Assembly (NCBI GenBank): GCA_034780895.1
Contig: JAUZTB010000081.1
Location: forward strand, 11,132,050 to 11,196,049
Direction: 5' to 3'
DNA: 64,000 nucleotides
Source of the DNA: Rhynchobatus australiae
Taxonomy: Eukaryota
The translations under genes and the position numbers were made by a program. A model generated the notes under the pieces. That model searched no databases. It saw only the letters and a list, made by a program, of their open reading frames with translations, and was not told the origin of the DNA. Positions 11,405 to 24,790 of the stretch are shown here, in pieces; positions within the stretch are counted from its first letter, which is position 1, and every line of letters begins with the position of its first letter.

Positions 11405-14400
11405 CTTCCTTGTTTTCCCCAATGAAACGTTTGATTTATTTTCATATTCTTGGTTTCCTAATCATACCAAGCTCTGTCTTTCATCCTTATCGGACATTAT
11501 TGGCCCTAACCTCTTAAACTCACTCTTCTGAATGTCCCAGTTATTGATGTCGTTTTCACCGCAGACAGATGCTTCGAAGGTACTTTAGCTAAGTTGCCTC
11601 TTATTGTATTGAATTCAGCTTTCCAAAATCCTTGGGCCAGAGTTTGAGGACTAAACTTGATAGTTGCCTAATTATTGTCACTTTTGTCATAGTGCCCCCT
11701 CCCCCCCCCCCACCGTTACTTACTCAATCTGTTCATTTTAATTTCCTCAGAAAAATTCGAATAGTCCCCTGTCTCTACATATTTGCTCTTGGACACACTT
11801 ATCAAATACAGCCCAATCAATGCAAACCCCACACGCCAAGAATATCCCTGTCAATAGTGGGAAAGTATAATCCCCGACTGCCATGAGGCTGTTTTAACTC
11901 AATTTCTCTTACACATTGCGTCTGATCATTGGGACGTGGACAATAACTCCAGCAAAATCACCGCCCTTATTCTTAATTTCTCCATATCTTGCTGTATTGG
12001 ACGATTCTGCCAGGGTATACTCTCTAACTGAAACTCTGATTTCCATACACAAAGAGAATTCGTTCACACGAGCTTCCCAAAACTACGATTTTAGTTCGGG
12101 ATTTAGAAATAGGTTTGGGGCACAGCCATCATTCACAATAAGCGTTCAGCGGGAGAAGGTGTATGTTTGTGAGTTGGAACTTGTTTGGCGTTTTAACGCA
12201 GAAGAATAAAAGGGAAGACGATGTAGTACACGTGGATGGGCATAGTAAAAATAAACCACTGATCCAAGGGAATCTAGAAATATTCCAAGGGGCGGAATTC
12301 ACTATTCAAGAGGTATAAACTGGAAACAGCAAAAACACAAGTGTCAATCTGAACAAAAATAGTTTGCGACAAGAAATGGCTAAAACTGTTGTTCCACAAT
12401 GAAATCCAGTGTACATCTTTGAGACAGGATTCTATAATCTTTCGGAAGGCAATGTGTCTGAAGGCTGTGAAGGGAATGCAACCTGACAAGATGATGCCAC
12501 TTACTCTCTGAGAGACAATCGCCTGATGGTGAATGGTGCAGTATTATTCCAGGTGAAAACATGATGGCATAACAAAGAACGTATTGTTGAATGTGGGGTG
12601 AGACTTGCATGCCCGAATGAAAGCTTTTTCTTTGCTTTGGTCACACCGAAGACAGATCGTAGTTAAATTCTGAGCAAGTGGTGTGACTGATGCAAGTAGC
12701 AATTGTTGACAGCAAAACTTACATCAAAGAATGGCGGATGGAGGTTGGGACGTCTGTTCATGTGTAACGCACAGATACCAAACCTTTGATGGTTTCACCA
12801 AACTGTTGCCATGTTTTGAGGGGGGTTTCAGCATCTGGACTATTATTTTCTTTCCACTGTCCCTCTGCCACCGGATTTAAGGTGAGCTGTGGTAAAGCAA
12901 CTGCATGCTTTTCTTTAAATCAGGAAGGGTAATTAGCCAATACTACAGTCATTTAATTGCAATAAACACGTCTGGAAAATGCTATGACGAAGTTATTCAT
13001 AATCACGAATGAAATGTATACAAATTGACTTCACCATCTGTGATTATGATTCTGGGTTATTTAATCTTTCACCACGATTTATTCTTAATTGCTTCTGTCG
13101 ATTTCACTGTTAATTTGGACCGAGTATGGTTGCCGTAATGTTTCGTGAAACAAACGAAACTCATGGAAGAATATTACATTGATTTACCGTGACATATACC
13201 TTTCATTGTTCTGTGATACATAATGGATATTCTTTGAAGCGCCTATGTACCTTCCATTGTACATTTTTTCTCTTAATTTAAACAGATGGAGTACAAGGAA
13301 GTGGCAGCTGTCATTGGCGTCATGCTTCATCATGAAAAATAACTGAATTTGTGGTTACACCGTATCGTGTTGTATACAAAATCACATGCCTGGTATATTC
13401 AATCGAAACCTCTCATGTCCTCTTGCTGACTATAATTATGAACTCAGTCCAGAGTTCTGAAACGGTCGAAATAACTTAAGTGTATGGAAGAGATGTCCAA
13501 GAGAAATGTTATGATAAAAAGATGAGCAAACTTTCGGAAGTCTGTAAATACGAGCGTATTCTAAAATCGACATGACTTTTATTTTAGCAAAGAAGAAAAT
13601 AATACAACGTGATTACTTCCGATTCAACCTCCAATATCCAACAAGCCATTCATTGCTGTGAAAGATTTATCAGCTGGTAAAGTTGCCGCGATAAAATATC
13701 TTGAGAGACTGCAAGTTTTATACTAAAGTTGATTCAAATGGAAGGTGCTTCAGGGCTTTAGTTCCACAGAGATAGTGAATGTTGTTATAAAAAGGAGTCA
13801 TCATCAACACTATCCAGAACCATGATAGATATTTTCCTACAAATGATGCCGGAGGGGGATTTCCTTTAATCAATAGAAGGTCGGACAACGAGTATCGTTG
13901 GTTTGCGTGTCGTCGTCCTTCAATCAATGAAGATCGCTTCAATGCATCGACAGAAGAATCCCGAGGAGAGAACATAAAATATGAAATTAGGAAGATAATA
14001 AAGCCAGACAGCCCATCGAGACTGCTCTACCATTCAGGATGACTTTTGCTGAATTGCGTTTGGTTTCATTTCATCGTATGTGCCTTGATTTTTCAAAAAA
14101 AAAACGAATTCCCCTTTAAATATCCAGAATGATTTAGCCTACACAACTCACCGGGGTAGAGAATTCCAGAGATTCACTCTCCTCGACAAGAAGAAACTGC
14201 GAAGCATATCTGAATTATTTGACGTATCCTCATCTTGTTACAAAGTTTCCTCGATCCAGATTCGTCAGGATGTGGAAAACTCTCAACAGCAAACTTGCTC
14301 CCTCACCTCAAGTTCTCATGTTTCAAAAAGATAACCCCTCATTCTTAAAATGCCAAAGAATACAGACCTGATATCTTTTACCTCAAATAATAAGAGAATA

Positions 14401-15099
14401 TTCTTATCCCAGGACTTAGACTGATCGTTTCCATTTAGCCTGGCAGCAGGAAAAAAACTGTTGACAAATATATACTGCTGCACAACTGACGCTGCTCTGT
14501 AAAATATCATATGATACACCTGGAAATGACTTATTGCAGACTTATGACACAATAAAAAGTTCCGCCAGACAGGGACAATATCCTTATGTCATTTCAACAC
14601 TTTAGATTTCTTTTAAAAGCAATCACTCGCACCTGTAAATGGTGGTGGGGGCTGCCATAGAGGGCTGTGCATGTACCATATTTACCGGTTCCNNNNNNNN
14701 NNCTTTACTTGCATTATATTTCCATAAATCTTCCACTGTTAAGAGCTCAATCAAACTTCATTTGTTGTTTGATTACCACAATCACGGCAAAACAAATGGA
14801 CAATTCTTCTGCAACTATATTGCATTCTCCTTCATTGGACAGGCTTTTACATCTCACAAGTAGATTAAAACAACATTTTAACGTGTTAAATTATGCACAT
14901 GCATGGGGATGCGGATTAGTAGTTTGCGGAACTGTCCAGAGGATCGCTATTTCAGGAACAATAGCTGCACATACTTAAAGATACTCACCATTCTGACTTG
15001 GGCCACATTTATTAAGATATCTAAATGGAGAAGTATGCCTTGCAGAAAAGAAAATACACACATAAAAGGAAGTAAATAAATTGCAGCATCATCGATCAA

Positions 15100-15276
15100 A
15101 CGATTCAATAACTCCAATGATCGTGCAGTGTTCATGTCAACTTAGGGACTTCTCTCAGATATAAACGGGAATTAATTTGAAAGCAAGAGATCTATGCATT
15201 TGTCGAACTAACCCGAAGCATAACTGCTCTCTGATTATGGGACAGCCAGTGGTTCTACAGATCGAAAGTATTTACT
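15100..15276 (+). pseudogene. Promoter plus 3'-truncated exon-1 relic of a GPR139-like gene (ATG 15237, MGQPVVLQIESIY)
   Basis: cgattcaataactccaat, then GATATAAA at 15158, then gattATG 79 nt later. Thirteen codons match exon 1 at 50141 and 55008, then homology breaks (TTT AGA TAA) with no splice donor. Confidence 0.8.
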
Positions 15277-15551
15277 TTAGATAAAATTAAGACGGCAGGG
15301 ACTGACAGACAAACTGCATTTCCCACTTTGGCCACCATACTACTGGAAAACTCAATAATCCGCTCTATACAACGACATCACATTTTATTTCTCACAGGTA
15401 GAATCATACCAAACGTTCAAATTTCAGCAGGTAAACGTGAAAGAGGGTTCATGTAAGTCTTTTGTGTCATTGCCGAGGGGAGCATTCACCAAGAAGCAAA
15501 GTTCCATGCATTTGATATAACATAGTAAGTGACTGTTCCCCATGAAATACC

Positions 15552-15656
15552 NNNNNNNNNNNNNNNNNNNNNNNNNNNNNNNNNNNNNNNNNNNNNNNNN
15601 NNNNNNNNNNNNNNNNNNNNNNNNNNNNNNNNNNNNNNNNNNNNNNNNNNNCCCTG
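15552..15656 (+). CDS. GPCR gene 2 exon 1 (inferred; mostly inside the N-gap, only cCCT-G|gtaagt visible)
   Basis: 15280-15551 matches the upstream regions of genes 5 and 6 (49620-49890, 54530-54800). After the gap, ccctg|gtaagtc..cggaatagatgtattt matches cccg|gtaagtc..cggaatatatgtattt at 55074. Confidence 0.7.
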
Positions 15657-16099
15657 GTAAGTCCTTACCCAAAAGACGGAATAGATGTATTTTTGTATGT
15701 TTTGTATGTTTTGATTTTAATTTCAAGACGTCATTAACTGGAATAAAATGGTAATGAAATGTTTTTTAAGTGTTTTTATCAACTTGTTCAAGTAAATATT
15801 GTGTTGGCTACTGACTGTCAGCAATCAAGTTCAGAAGCCATTCTCAATTGATGCCAGTTATATTACAATGTGGAGAGAGTATGTACCTCAGAAAATGCTT
15901 CAATAGCGTGCTGGAAACCACTCAGAACGTTCTATTTGATACCTCCCTTTAAATACATTTCCATTCAGTAGAGAGCAAGGGGCATATTCCGTGGTCAAAA
16001 GATTGAATCGACCTAAACTGTTAAAGTCATAATAAGTATACTGATTGTATTCTCTTTCGACTGTACCCAAAAATTCAGCTGAAATATTTGGCAGTACCA

Positions 16100-19000
16100 T
16101 TCACAGGCAAAGAGAGATAATGGCCACTGCGCAATCCAATGGTATCCTGGTTCCGACATCCGCCGTTAGATGCAAGACAGCGACAGGCAGCAGATAAACA
16201 ATTTACAATATTAGGCGTCCTGTTCTAAGGGTACAAACAAGTATGTTTGGGACGACAATTAGTTCGTCTTTCCTCACCTGTTTCGAGCAGAAGAAATGAA
16301 ACACCAATACAAATGCAATTAATGGAATTTCGCAATGAACTTCTTACGGTACTGACATTCAACTGTGCAATCATATCCCTACCCTACATTTTGGGAGCTT
16401 GGTCAACAAAATGTGCTTTTAAAATTGGTTCCGCAATTGGAAAGGTTTGGGCGTCATGCGTACAAATGCTGTTGCCAGACTATGCAACCAGTTCGCGTGA
16501 CTACTCAAAATATCTTTGCCAGTACAATATTACACACTTACCTTCGAACACAACGGGCAAATACATCGGAAGATTAGTAGTAGTAAAACTATTTGTGAGG
16601 ATAGGCAATGGACTCTCAGATAGCACTGCGTCTTCTTAACATTCATGGAATGGTATCCACTTCTACGTTGGATGAAGGTGAAGAAAGAAAGTCATTGTTT
16701 ATGTTAGTGCGATAATCACAGTCTCTGCATCTATTTTCTGGCTCTAAGTTCAGGGAAGTGGCGATCATGTCTCTGTCCATTAATTTGTCTCAAACGTAAA
16801 TTTTCATTTGTGAATATCAGGGATATAAAGGGCTCCTTATTTACATACGGAACTAATCACAGCCTACAATAACGTCCATACCTTTCTTCCATTTCTGAAG
16901 ACCACAGAGTCAATGTATTCAACTCTTTTGGGAATATCTTTGTGATAACTAGTTTCAAAGGAAATTCAATTATAATTATTAATTCGAAACATTATAATAT
17001 TGATATAGAGTCATGCATCGGGGAAACAAACCCCTTGGCCTAACAAGGTTGATGCACCTGGCATTAACCATCTATATACACAAATACTGCATTTCAACCA
17101 GTTCTATTCATCAGTACCCCCGCCCCCTTCCGAATGTAACACTAAACAGCATACTTGGGACGGAATCACCACTAAGCTGCACACGAGGGGAAATTTATAG
17201 TGGCAATTAACCTACCAGCCATACATAAGAAACTGGAGCACCCAGAGGAAACTCACGCGGTCACACGAAGAACGTGCAAACTCCTGGAAGGCAGCAGCAC
17301 AAGTCGAGATTGAACTCGGATCTCTGGCGCAGTGAAGCAACCTGGCTATCAGCTGCACCACTGCTCTCAAGTATTCTCACTATTTTCGTTCTGCTATTAT
17401 TTCACATATATTTAAGTCTGTGGCATCCATCTCTACAACAAAAAAAAAATTGCTAAAGTGCAAATACAGAAAATGTTCTGTGCCATTATTGTTGGGATGG
17501 CTAGATTTTAGACGGAAAAGGAATTAACCGAAATAAGCAAGTAGAGGGTAAAAGAGTGAGATATAATTTCATTGAAAGGCACATAAAGATTGATGGCATA
17601 AGTGCGGAGCGTATGCTTTCTGCAGACTCTGAATTCAGCCAGTGTCACTGTAACAAAAATGGTAGTTTTCAATTGTGGATAGAGAGGTAAACAAATNNNN
17701 NNNNNNNNNNNNNNNNNNNNNNNNNNNNNNNNNNNNNNNNNNNNNNNNNNNNNNNNNNNNNNNNNNNNNNNNNNNNNNNNNNNNNNNNNNNNNNNNACCA
17801 TGCACAAGCAAAGTGAGCGAATGGCCACTGCGCAATCCAATAGTTTCCTGGTTCCGACATCCGCCGTTAGAAGCAAGACAGTGGCAGGCAGTAGATAAAC
17901 AATTTACAATATTAGGCGTCCTGTTGTGAGGGTACAAACAAGTTTGTTCGAGACGACAATTAGTTCGTCTTTCCTCACCTGTTTCGAGCAGAAGAAACGA
18001 AACACCAATGCAAATGCAATTAATGGAATTTCGCAATGAAATTCTTACGGTACTGACATTCAACTGTGTATTCAGATCCCCACCCTACATTTTGGGAGCT
18101 TAGTCAGCAAAATGTGCTTTTAAAATTTGTTCCGCAATTGGAAAGGTTTGGGCATCATGCGTACAAATGCTGTTGCCAGATTATGCAACCAGTTCGCGTG
18201 ACTATTCAAAATATCTTTGTCAGTCCAATATTATACACCTTCGAACACAACGGGCACATACATCGAGAGATTAGTAGCAGTAAAGCTATCCGTGAGGATA
18301 TGCAATGGACTCTCAGAGAGCACTGCGTCTTCATAATATTCATGTAATGGCATCCACTGCTACGTTGGGTGAAGGTGAAAAAAGGAAGTCATTGTTTATG
18401 TTAGTGCGATAATCAAAGTCTCTGCATCTATTTTCTGGCTCTAAGTTCAGGGAAGTGGTGATCATGTCTCTGCCCATTAATTTTTCTCAAACATAAATTT
18501 TCATTTGTGATTATTAGGGATAAAAAGGGCTCCTTATTTACATATGGAACTAATCACAGCCTTCAATAACGTCCATACCTTTCTTCCACCTTCTGAAGAC
18601 CACAGTCAATGTATTCAACTTTTTTGAGAATATATTTGTGATAACTAGTTTCAAAGGAAATTCAATTATAATTATTAATTCGAAACATTATAATATAGAT
18701 ATTGAGTCATGCATCGGGGAAAGAAACCCTTTGGCCTAACAAGGTTGATGCACCTCGCATCAACCACCTATATACACAAATGCTGCATTTCAACTAGTTC
18801 TATTCATCAACACCCCCACCCCCTGCCGAATCTAACACTAACCAGCTTACTTGGGACGGAATCACCTCTAAGCTGCACACGAGGGGAAATTTACAGTGGC
18901 AATTAACCTACCAGCCGTACATAGGAAACTGGAGCACCCGAACGAAACTGATGCGGTCAGATGAAGAACATGCAAACTCCTCGCAGACAGCAGCACAAGT

Positions 19001-20390
19001 CAATAATGAACTCGGATCTCTGGCGCTGTGAAGCAACCTAGCTAGCAGCTGCACCACTGCTCCACCACCGTTCTCAAGTATTCTCGTTCTGCTATTATTT
19101 CACATATATTTACGTCTGTGGCATCCATCTCTACAACAAAATAAATATTTGCAGAAGTGCAAATACAGAAAATGTTCCGTGCAATCATTGTTGGAATGGC
19201 AAGATTTTAGACTGAAAAGGAATTAACCGAAATAAGCAAGTAGAGTATAAAAGAATGAGATATAATTTCATTGAAAGGCACATAAAGATTGATGGGAAAA
19301 GTGCGGAGCGTGTGCTTTCTGCAGACTCTGAATTCAGCCAGTGTCACTGTAACAAAAATGGTGGTTGACCATTGTGGATAGAGAGGCAAACAAATATCTT
19401 CACCCAGAGGGTAGTATATCGATGGATATTCTATTCATGCGAGGGCTCGTTCAAGTGAAGCTGAAGAGCAAAGATTCAGCACCGCCTCTGGAGACTTAAT
19501 TTATACCCACTGACTGCTCCGCTTTCAGCGCTAAACAAATGTACGACTCGTCTAATTCGTTCAGAGCTGTAAGTCGACAAAAGGATGGAAATATATAACC
19601 AAATGACTAACTTCCGGAATGGTGGACTACTCAAGGTGCAGACTATTACAAGCTTTCTCGAACCATTTATGTGCTCATCCTGCTCTCCATCATCGAGCTG
19701 AATGAACAGTGATGCTCCGGGACAATGTTTTATTTTCTCCATCGATAGCATCCAAACACATTTATGACTTCTACACGTGTGTATTTCAGCTTGAAGTCTG
19801 AGCTAAGCTGGGTGTCAGTTGCCCACTCACNNNNNNNNNNNNNNNNNNNNNNNNNNNNNNNNNNNNNNNNNNNNNNNNNNNNNNNNNNNNNNNNNNNNNN
19901 NNNNNNNNNNNNNNNNNNNNNNNNNNNNNNTTTCAATTGTGGATAGAGAGGTAAACAAATATCTTCACCCAGAGGGTAGTATATCGTTGGATATTCTTTT
20001 CAGGCGAGGATTCGTTCAAGTGAAGGTGACGAGCGAGGATTCAGCACTGCCTCTGGAGACTTAATTTATACTCATGACTGCTTCGCTTTCAATGCTAAAC
20101 AAATGTACGACTCGCCTAATTCGTTCGGAGCTGTAAGTCGACAAAAGGATGGTAAATATATAACCAAACGACTACCGGAATGGTGGACTACTCAAGGTGC
20201 AGACTATTACAAGTTTTCTCGAACCATTTATTTGCTCATCCTGCTCTCCATCATCGAGCTGAATGAACAGTGATGCTCCGGGACAATGTTTTTTCTCCAT
20301 CGATGGCATTCAAATACCTTTATGACTTCGACACGTGTGTGTTTCAGGTTGAAGTCTGATCAAAGCTGGGTGTCAGTTGGCCACTCATAG
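16100..20390 (+). repeat. Interleaved duplicate intron segments: 17797-19830 duplicates 16100-17696 plus 19931-20388
   Basis: High collinear similarity. 17667-17696 is identical (30 nt) to 19931-19960. Confidence 0.85.
17010..17366 (-). mobile_element. V-SINE (HE1-like tRNA-derived SINE with CR1-like tail); duplicate at ~18705-19070
   Basis: aaactggagcacccagaggaaactcacgcggtcacacgaagaacgtgcaaactcc is the reverse complement of the V-domain; B-box-like gagattgaactcggatc follows. Confidence 0.75.
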
Positions 20391-21407
20391 ACCTGCGGGC
20401 GCATCTGCTGAAGCTAAAATCAAAATCCTTGAATATGGAGTCAATAGATGTCAGACGATTCACACTGTGCAGCCGCACTTAGCAGAAATTAATTACGTAA
20501 GAATGGGGGAGTCTAGTATTGAGGAGCCCATTAGATTGTCCCAGTGCACTTACAATCGGAAGTTACGTCAGTAAATGCAGGCGAATGCTTAACTATTGTC
20601 TGTTTATACCTCGAATTAATGGATCCTAATGTGACAATTTTTCTTTTCACTATTAAACTTATATTTTAAGTACTATCACTTGAAAGATTATTTGTATTTC
20701 ATTTGAATGTTTTTATTTATAATTTCGTCAGTCTCTGTGTTTATCAGAAACTATCGTCATTGGTAACGATGAAATGTTCTCAAACTTCCCAGTGCACCCG
20801 CCATAAAGCCACATTCAGTCCCTCGTTCTGTAAAAAAAACGTAAGAGTTATCATCAGTTGTGTGTTAGGTTGCTTGGGCAACACAATTAAAATAAATATA
20901 ATGCAGTCGGGGTGAATATATTGGTGGAGATTCGGTTCTGGAGTCTCGGTTCAAACTATTCCAGAAGAAGGAAAGAAGTACCTAGATGGCTCCTGGAAGT
21001 ATCTCCTCAAACCATACAATATAGATTAGCACATCGAATCCTATATGGATCTGGAGGGGCGGAAATATATTTTAAGATTGTTCTTGGCATGGATTTGCAG
21101 CATGTTTTGAGGATTAATGCACACATTTAGAGCAACATCAAAAGCAGCGGGAAGAATTGTAAATCAGCTGCTCTTCTTGTAAATTCACATTGACGTGCGT
21201 CTCATCAAATGTATCGAAGTTATTCTGAAACTGTTGAAAATCTGCAGTTATTCGAATATGTGTATGATTGTCTCTAAAACATCGGGTTGATTTCAATAAA
21301 AGTGGAAGACAGTTTCGTGCAACAAACAACGACAAATTTCCTGAAAAAGATGTTGATTGCTCGATTTTTAAGAGGAGGAATTATAATATAGTCCTTCTAT
21401 TTTACAG

Positions 21408-22321
21408 CTAACGTAGTGGCAATTGCCATTCTCTGCCGGGGGAACTGTGGTCTTTCAAAATGCATCACCCGTTATCTGGTGGCCATGGCAGGAGGAGATC
21501 TGATGGTTCTGATAGTTCACGTGATCCTGTATGAAATCAAGAATGTGTATTTCTCAAATTCTTTCCTGAATTATACCCCTATTTGCAGTCTAAATCTGAC
21601 CCTTCTGTTTGTTTCCCTTGATTGTTATGTCTGGTTAACCGTTGCTTTCACCTTTGATCGATTTATTTCAATTTGCTGTCAACGTCTCCGAATCAGATAT
21701 TGCACTGAAAAAACTGCATCTATTGTAATAACCATGGTATGCTCCTTCAGCGTTTTAGAAAATGTGCGAACTTACTTTACGTATGAACCACGAGAAATAA
21801 TTGACAACACGCCATGGTTCTGTGCTGCAAAAGCAAGCTGCTTTACCTCACCTGTGTGGATTGCAGTTCTTTATCTTGAGGTTATCTTAAACCCATTTTT
21901 GCCATTTATTTTGATCCTAGTACTTAATTCAATAACCATAAGACATATTTTAGTGGCCAATAGAGTGAGGCAAGGACTTCTAAAACGCAATAATAATGAG
22001 GGAGCAGCTGATTGCGAGATTGATAATCGAAGGAAATCCATAATATTGTTGCTGGCAATAACCGGTAGTTTTATACTACTATGGATGGTAATTTTCGTTT
22101 GTTTTCTAACTATGGCATTTACAGATAATCAGACATTATTAACAACTTACAATGATCCATTCACTATTGCTGAGAAATCCGGTTACATGCTGAGGAGTTT
22201 AAGTGCTTGCACAAATACTTTTATTTATGCCGTATCCCAGGCCAAATTCCGGCAAGAAGTGAAGAATATGGTTAGGTATCCTATAAATCTCCTCAGTAAT
22301 ATACTGCAATATATCCAATAG
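21408..22321 (+). CDS. GPR139/GPR142-like GPCR gene 2, exon 2 (intact; ~327 aa with a 70-nt exon 1)
   Basis: Acceptor ctattttacag|CT AAC GTA GTG. Open frame with CGLSKCITRYL, AGGDL, FTFDRF, PWFC, PFLP, RRKSIILL and NTFIY. Confidence 0.9.
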
Positions 22322-22354
22322 CTTCGCAGAACACTGGAGTGTTACATTCCACAA

Positions 22355-24790
22355 CCACATTTTTTTTCTTGTTGTCATGTTGTCATAGTGACCTCGAAGA
22401 GACCGGGGTCATTTAAGCAAATTCTGAATTATGCTTGACATCTATACCACCAAATTGTCAGGGTATTATTCCTTTTGCACAGATCATTTCATTTCGGTTC
22501 TAACACCTGACGTTTCCTTACAACGAAATCAAATCAATGAAACAAATTTGTGTATGCTATTTTGACTGATTCGTTGCCTCGCAGAACAGTTGAAGTCATC
22601 TTTCATTACGAAAATACACGTCCACTCTCCATTTCCTACAGAAGTTCCCCATCCAAATGGTACTTGAAACCACTGGTAAGAAGGTACAATCTAATTCAAT
22701 GCATCTCGGAATCGAAGTTCGCATTACAAGTCTGGAGCAGTTTAAGTGAATGGTTCANNNNNNNNNNNNNNNNNNNNNNNNNNNNNNNNNNNNNNNNNNN
22801 NNNNNNNNNNNNNNNNNNNNNNNNNNNNNNNNNNNNNNNNNNNNNNNNNNNNNNNNNACCGCATTTTTTCCTGTTGTCATGTCGTCATAGTGACCTCGAA
22901 CAGACCGGGGTCATTTAAGCAAATTCTGCATTATGCTTGACATCTATACCACCAAATTGTCAGGATATTATTCCTTTTGCACAGATCATTTCATATCGGC
23001 TCTAACGCCTGACGTTTCCTCACAACGAAATCAAATCAATGAAACACATTTGTGTATGCTATTTTGACTGATTCGTTGCCTCGCAGGACAGTTGAAGTCA
23101 TCTTTCATTACGAAAATACACGTCCACTCCACATTTCTTTCAGAAGTTCCCCTTCCAAATGGTACTTGAAGCCACTGGTACGAAGGTACAATCTAATTCA
23201 ATGCATCTCAGAATCGAAGTTCGAAGTACAAGTCTGGAGCAGTTTAAGCGAATGGTTCAGACATTTGAATCAAAGATACATTCAGAAAACAAATGTATAA
23301 AATCAAATTACCGATATATTCGCCGTAAACATTCAATACCTCAGAAGAAAGTAAAAGAATATTAAAACACGAGAAACTATGAACACATTTCAGATAAAAA
23401 AAATCAATGGCGAATGACTTTTTTACTGTGCATTTGGGGCAGATCGCAGAAGCCCAATTGTAATTCACAGTCATTAGCAGTTGCGCTTCCGCACTTTCTT
23501 GAGCCGAAGGTTTACGTTTATGTCACATCCCTCACTTATATTTAATTTCAGCGGCCATGTCCGAATGATGAATTGGCACATCCAAACCAACTCCCAGAAT
23601 CCGCAACAACGTGCAATGAGCACTATCTTTTCCCAATCTATCACTTATTACATTTTTAAAAAATCGCAGGCTATGCAGGATAGTTTATCACCAAAACAAG
23701 TGAAGAAAATGGTGAAAAGGGATCAGGTATGGGACAGAAGTTAAAATAACTGTGCTGAGGAATAATTGAACGCATTTGACTAAAATATGCATTGATATTT
23801 ATTGTTTTCCTTCAAAAACTGGTGGATTAACCAATTTGAAATCTATGGGTTTCCTTGCTCTACGACATACATGAGATATTTCAAACTTGAGATTCATCTT
23901 GAAGGCTTTTCCAATTTGCACTCCGCAGCTGGTAAAAGTATTACAATCTTTACCTCCAATGCATCATACTATCCGTGCAGTGGAGCTCTTTAACACAACT
24001 CTTCAAGCCAGTACGATGATAAGTGTAGAGCAAGGGAAATGTGTGATATCATGTTTCCTTAGCCTAAGGTTGGAGAGCATGAGCAAATGTGTGGCCTCNN
24101 NNNNNNNNNNNNNNNNNNNNNNNNNNNNNNNNNNNNNNNNNNNNNNNNNNNNNNNNNNNNNNNNNNNNNNNNNNNNNNNNNNNNNNNNNNNNNNNNNNCA
24201 TCCCTCACTTATATTTAATTTCAGCGGCCATGTCCGAACGATGAATGGGCACATCCAAACCAACTCCCAGAATCGGCAACAACGTGCAATGAACACTATC
24301 TTTTCCCAATCTAACACTAATTTTACATTAAAAAACATCGCAGGCTATCCAGGATAGTTAATCACCAAAACAAGTGAAGAAAATGGTGAAAAGGGATCAG
24401 TTATGGGACAGATGTTAAAATAACCGCGCTGAGGAATAATTGAACACATTTGAATAAAATATGCATTGATATTTATTGTTTTCCACATAAACTGGTGGAT
24501 TAACCAATTTGAAATCTACGCGTTTTCTGGCTCTACGACATCCCTGAGATATTTCAAACTTTATATATCTCATACCTGAGATATTTCATCTTGAAGGTTT
24601 TTCCAAATTTCAATCCGCAGCTGGTAGAAGTATTACCATCTTTACCTCCAATGCATCACACTATCCGTGCAGTGGAGCCCTTTAGCACAGCTCTTCAAGC
24701 CAGTACGATGATAAGTTTAGAGCAAGGGAAATGTGTGACATCATGTTTCCTTAGCCTAAGGTTGGAGAGCATGAGCCAATGTGTGGCTTC
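22355..24790 (+). repeat. Near-identical gap-separated duplicates of the gene 2 3' flank (22355-22757 vs 22858-23260; 23526-24098 vs 24199-24790)
   Basis: Direct comparison. The duplicated junk ORFs MYAILTDSLPRR at 22550 and 23052 reflect the same duplication. Confidence 0.8.

Larger units (their letters stand above)
6915..14690 (+). repeat. Tandem segmental duplication: copy A ~6915-11103, copy B ~11410-14665
   Basis: Collinear homology, e.g. ggtttcctaatcataccaagctc (6957/11452), gcaacctgacaagatgat (8685/12478) and caacactttagattt (11028/14595). The copies are moderately diverged. Confidence 0.85.

Noticed and set aside
13280-13410. Faint resemblance to hAT transposase motifs (VAAVI..NASxMK, ITCL)
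   Set aside because: It requires frameshifts and is not preserved in duplicate copy A; too weak without an HMM search.
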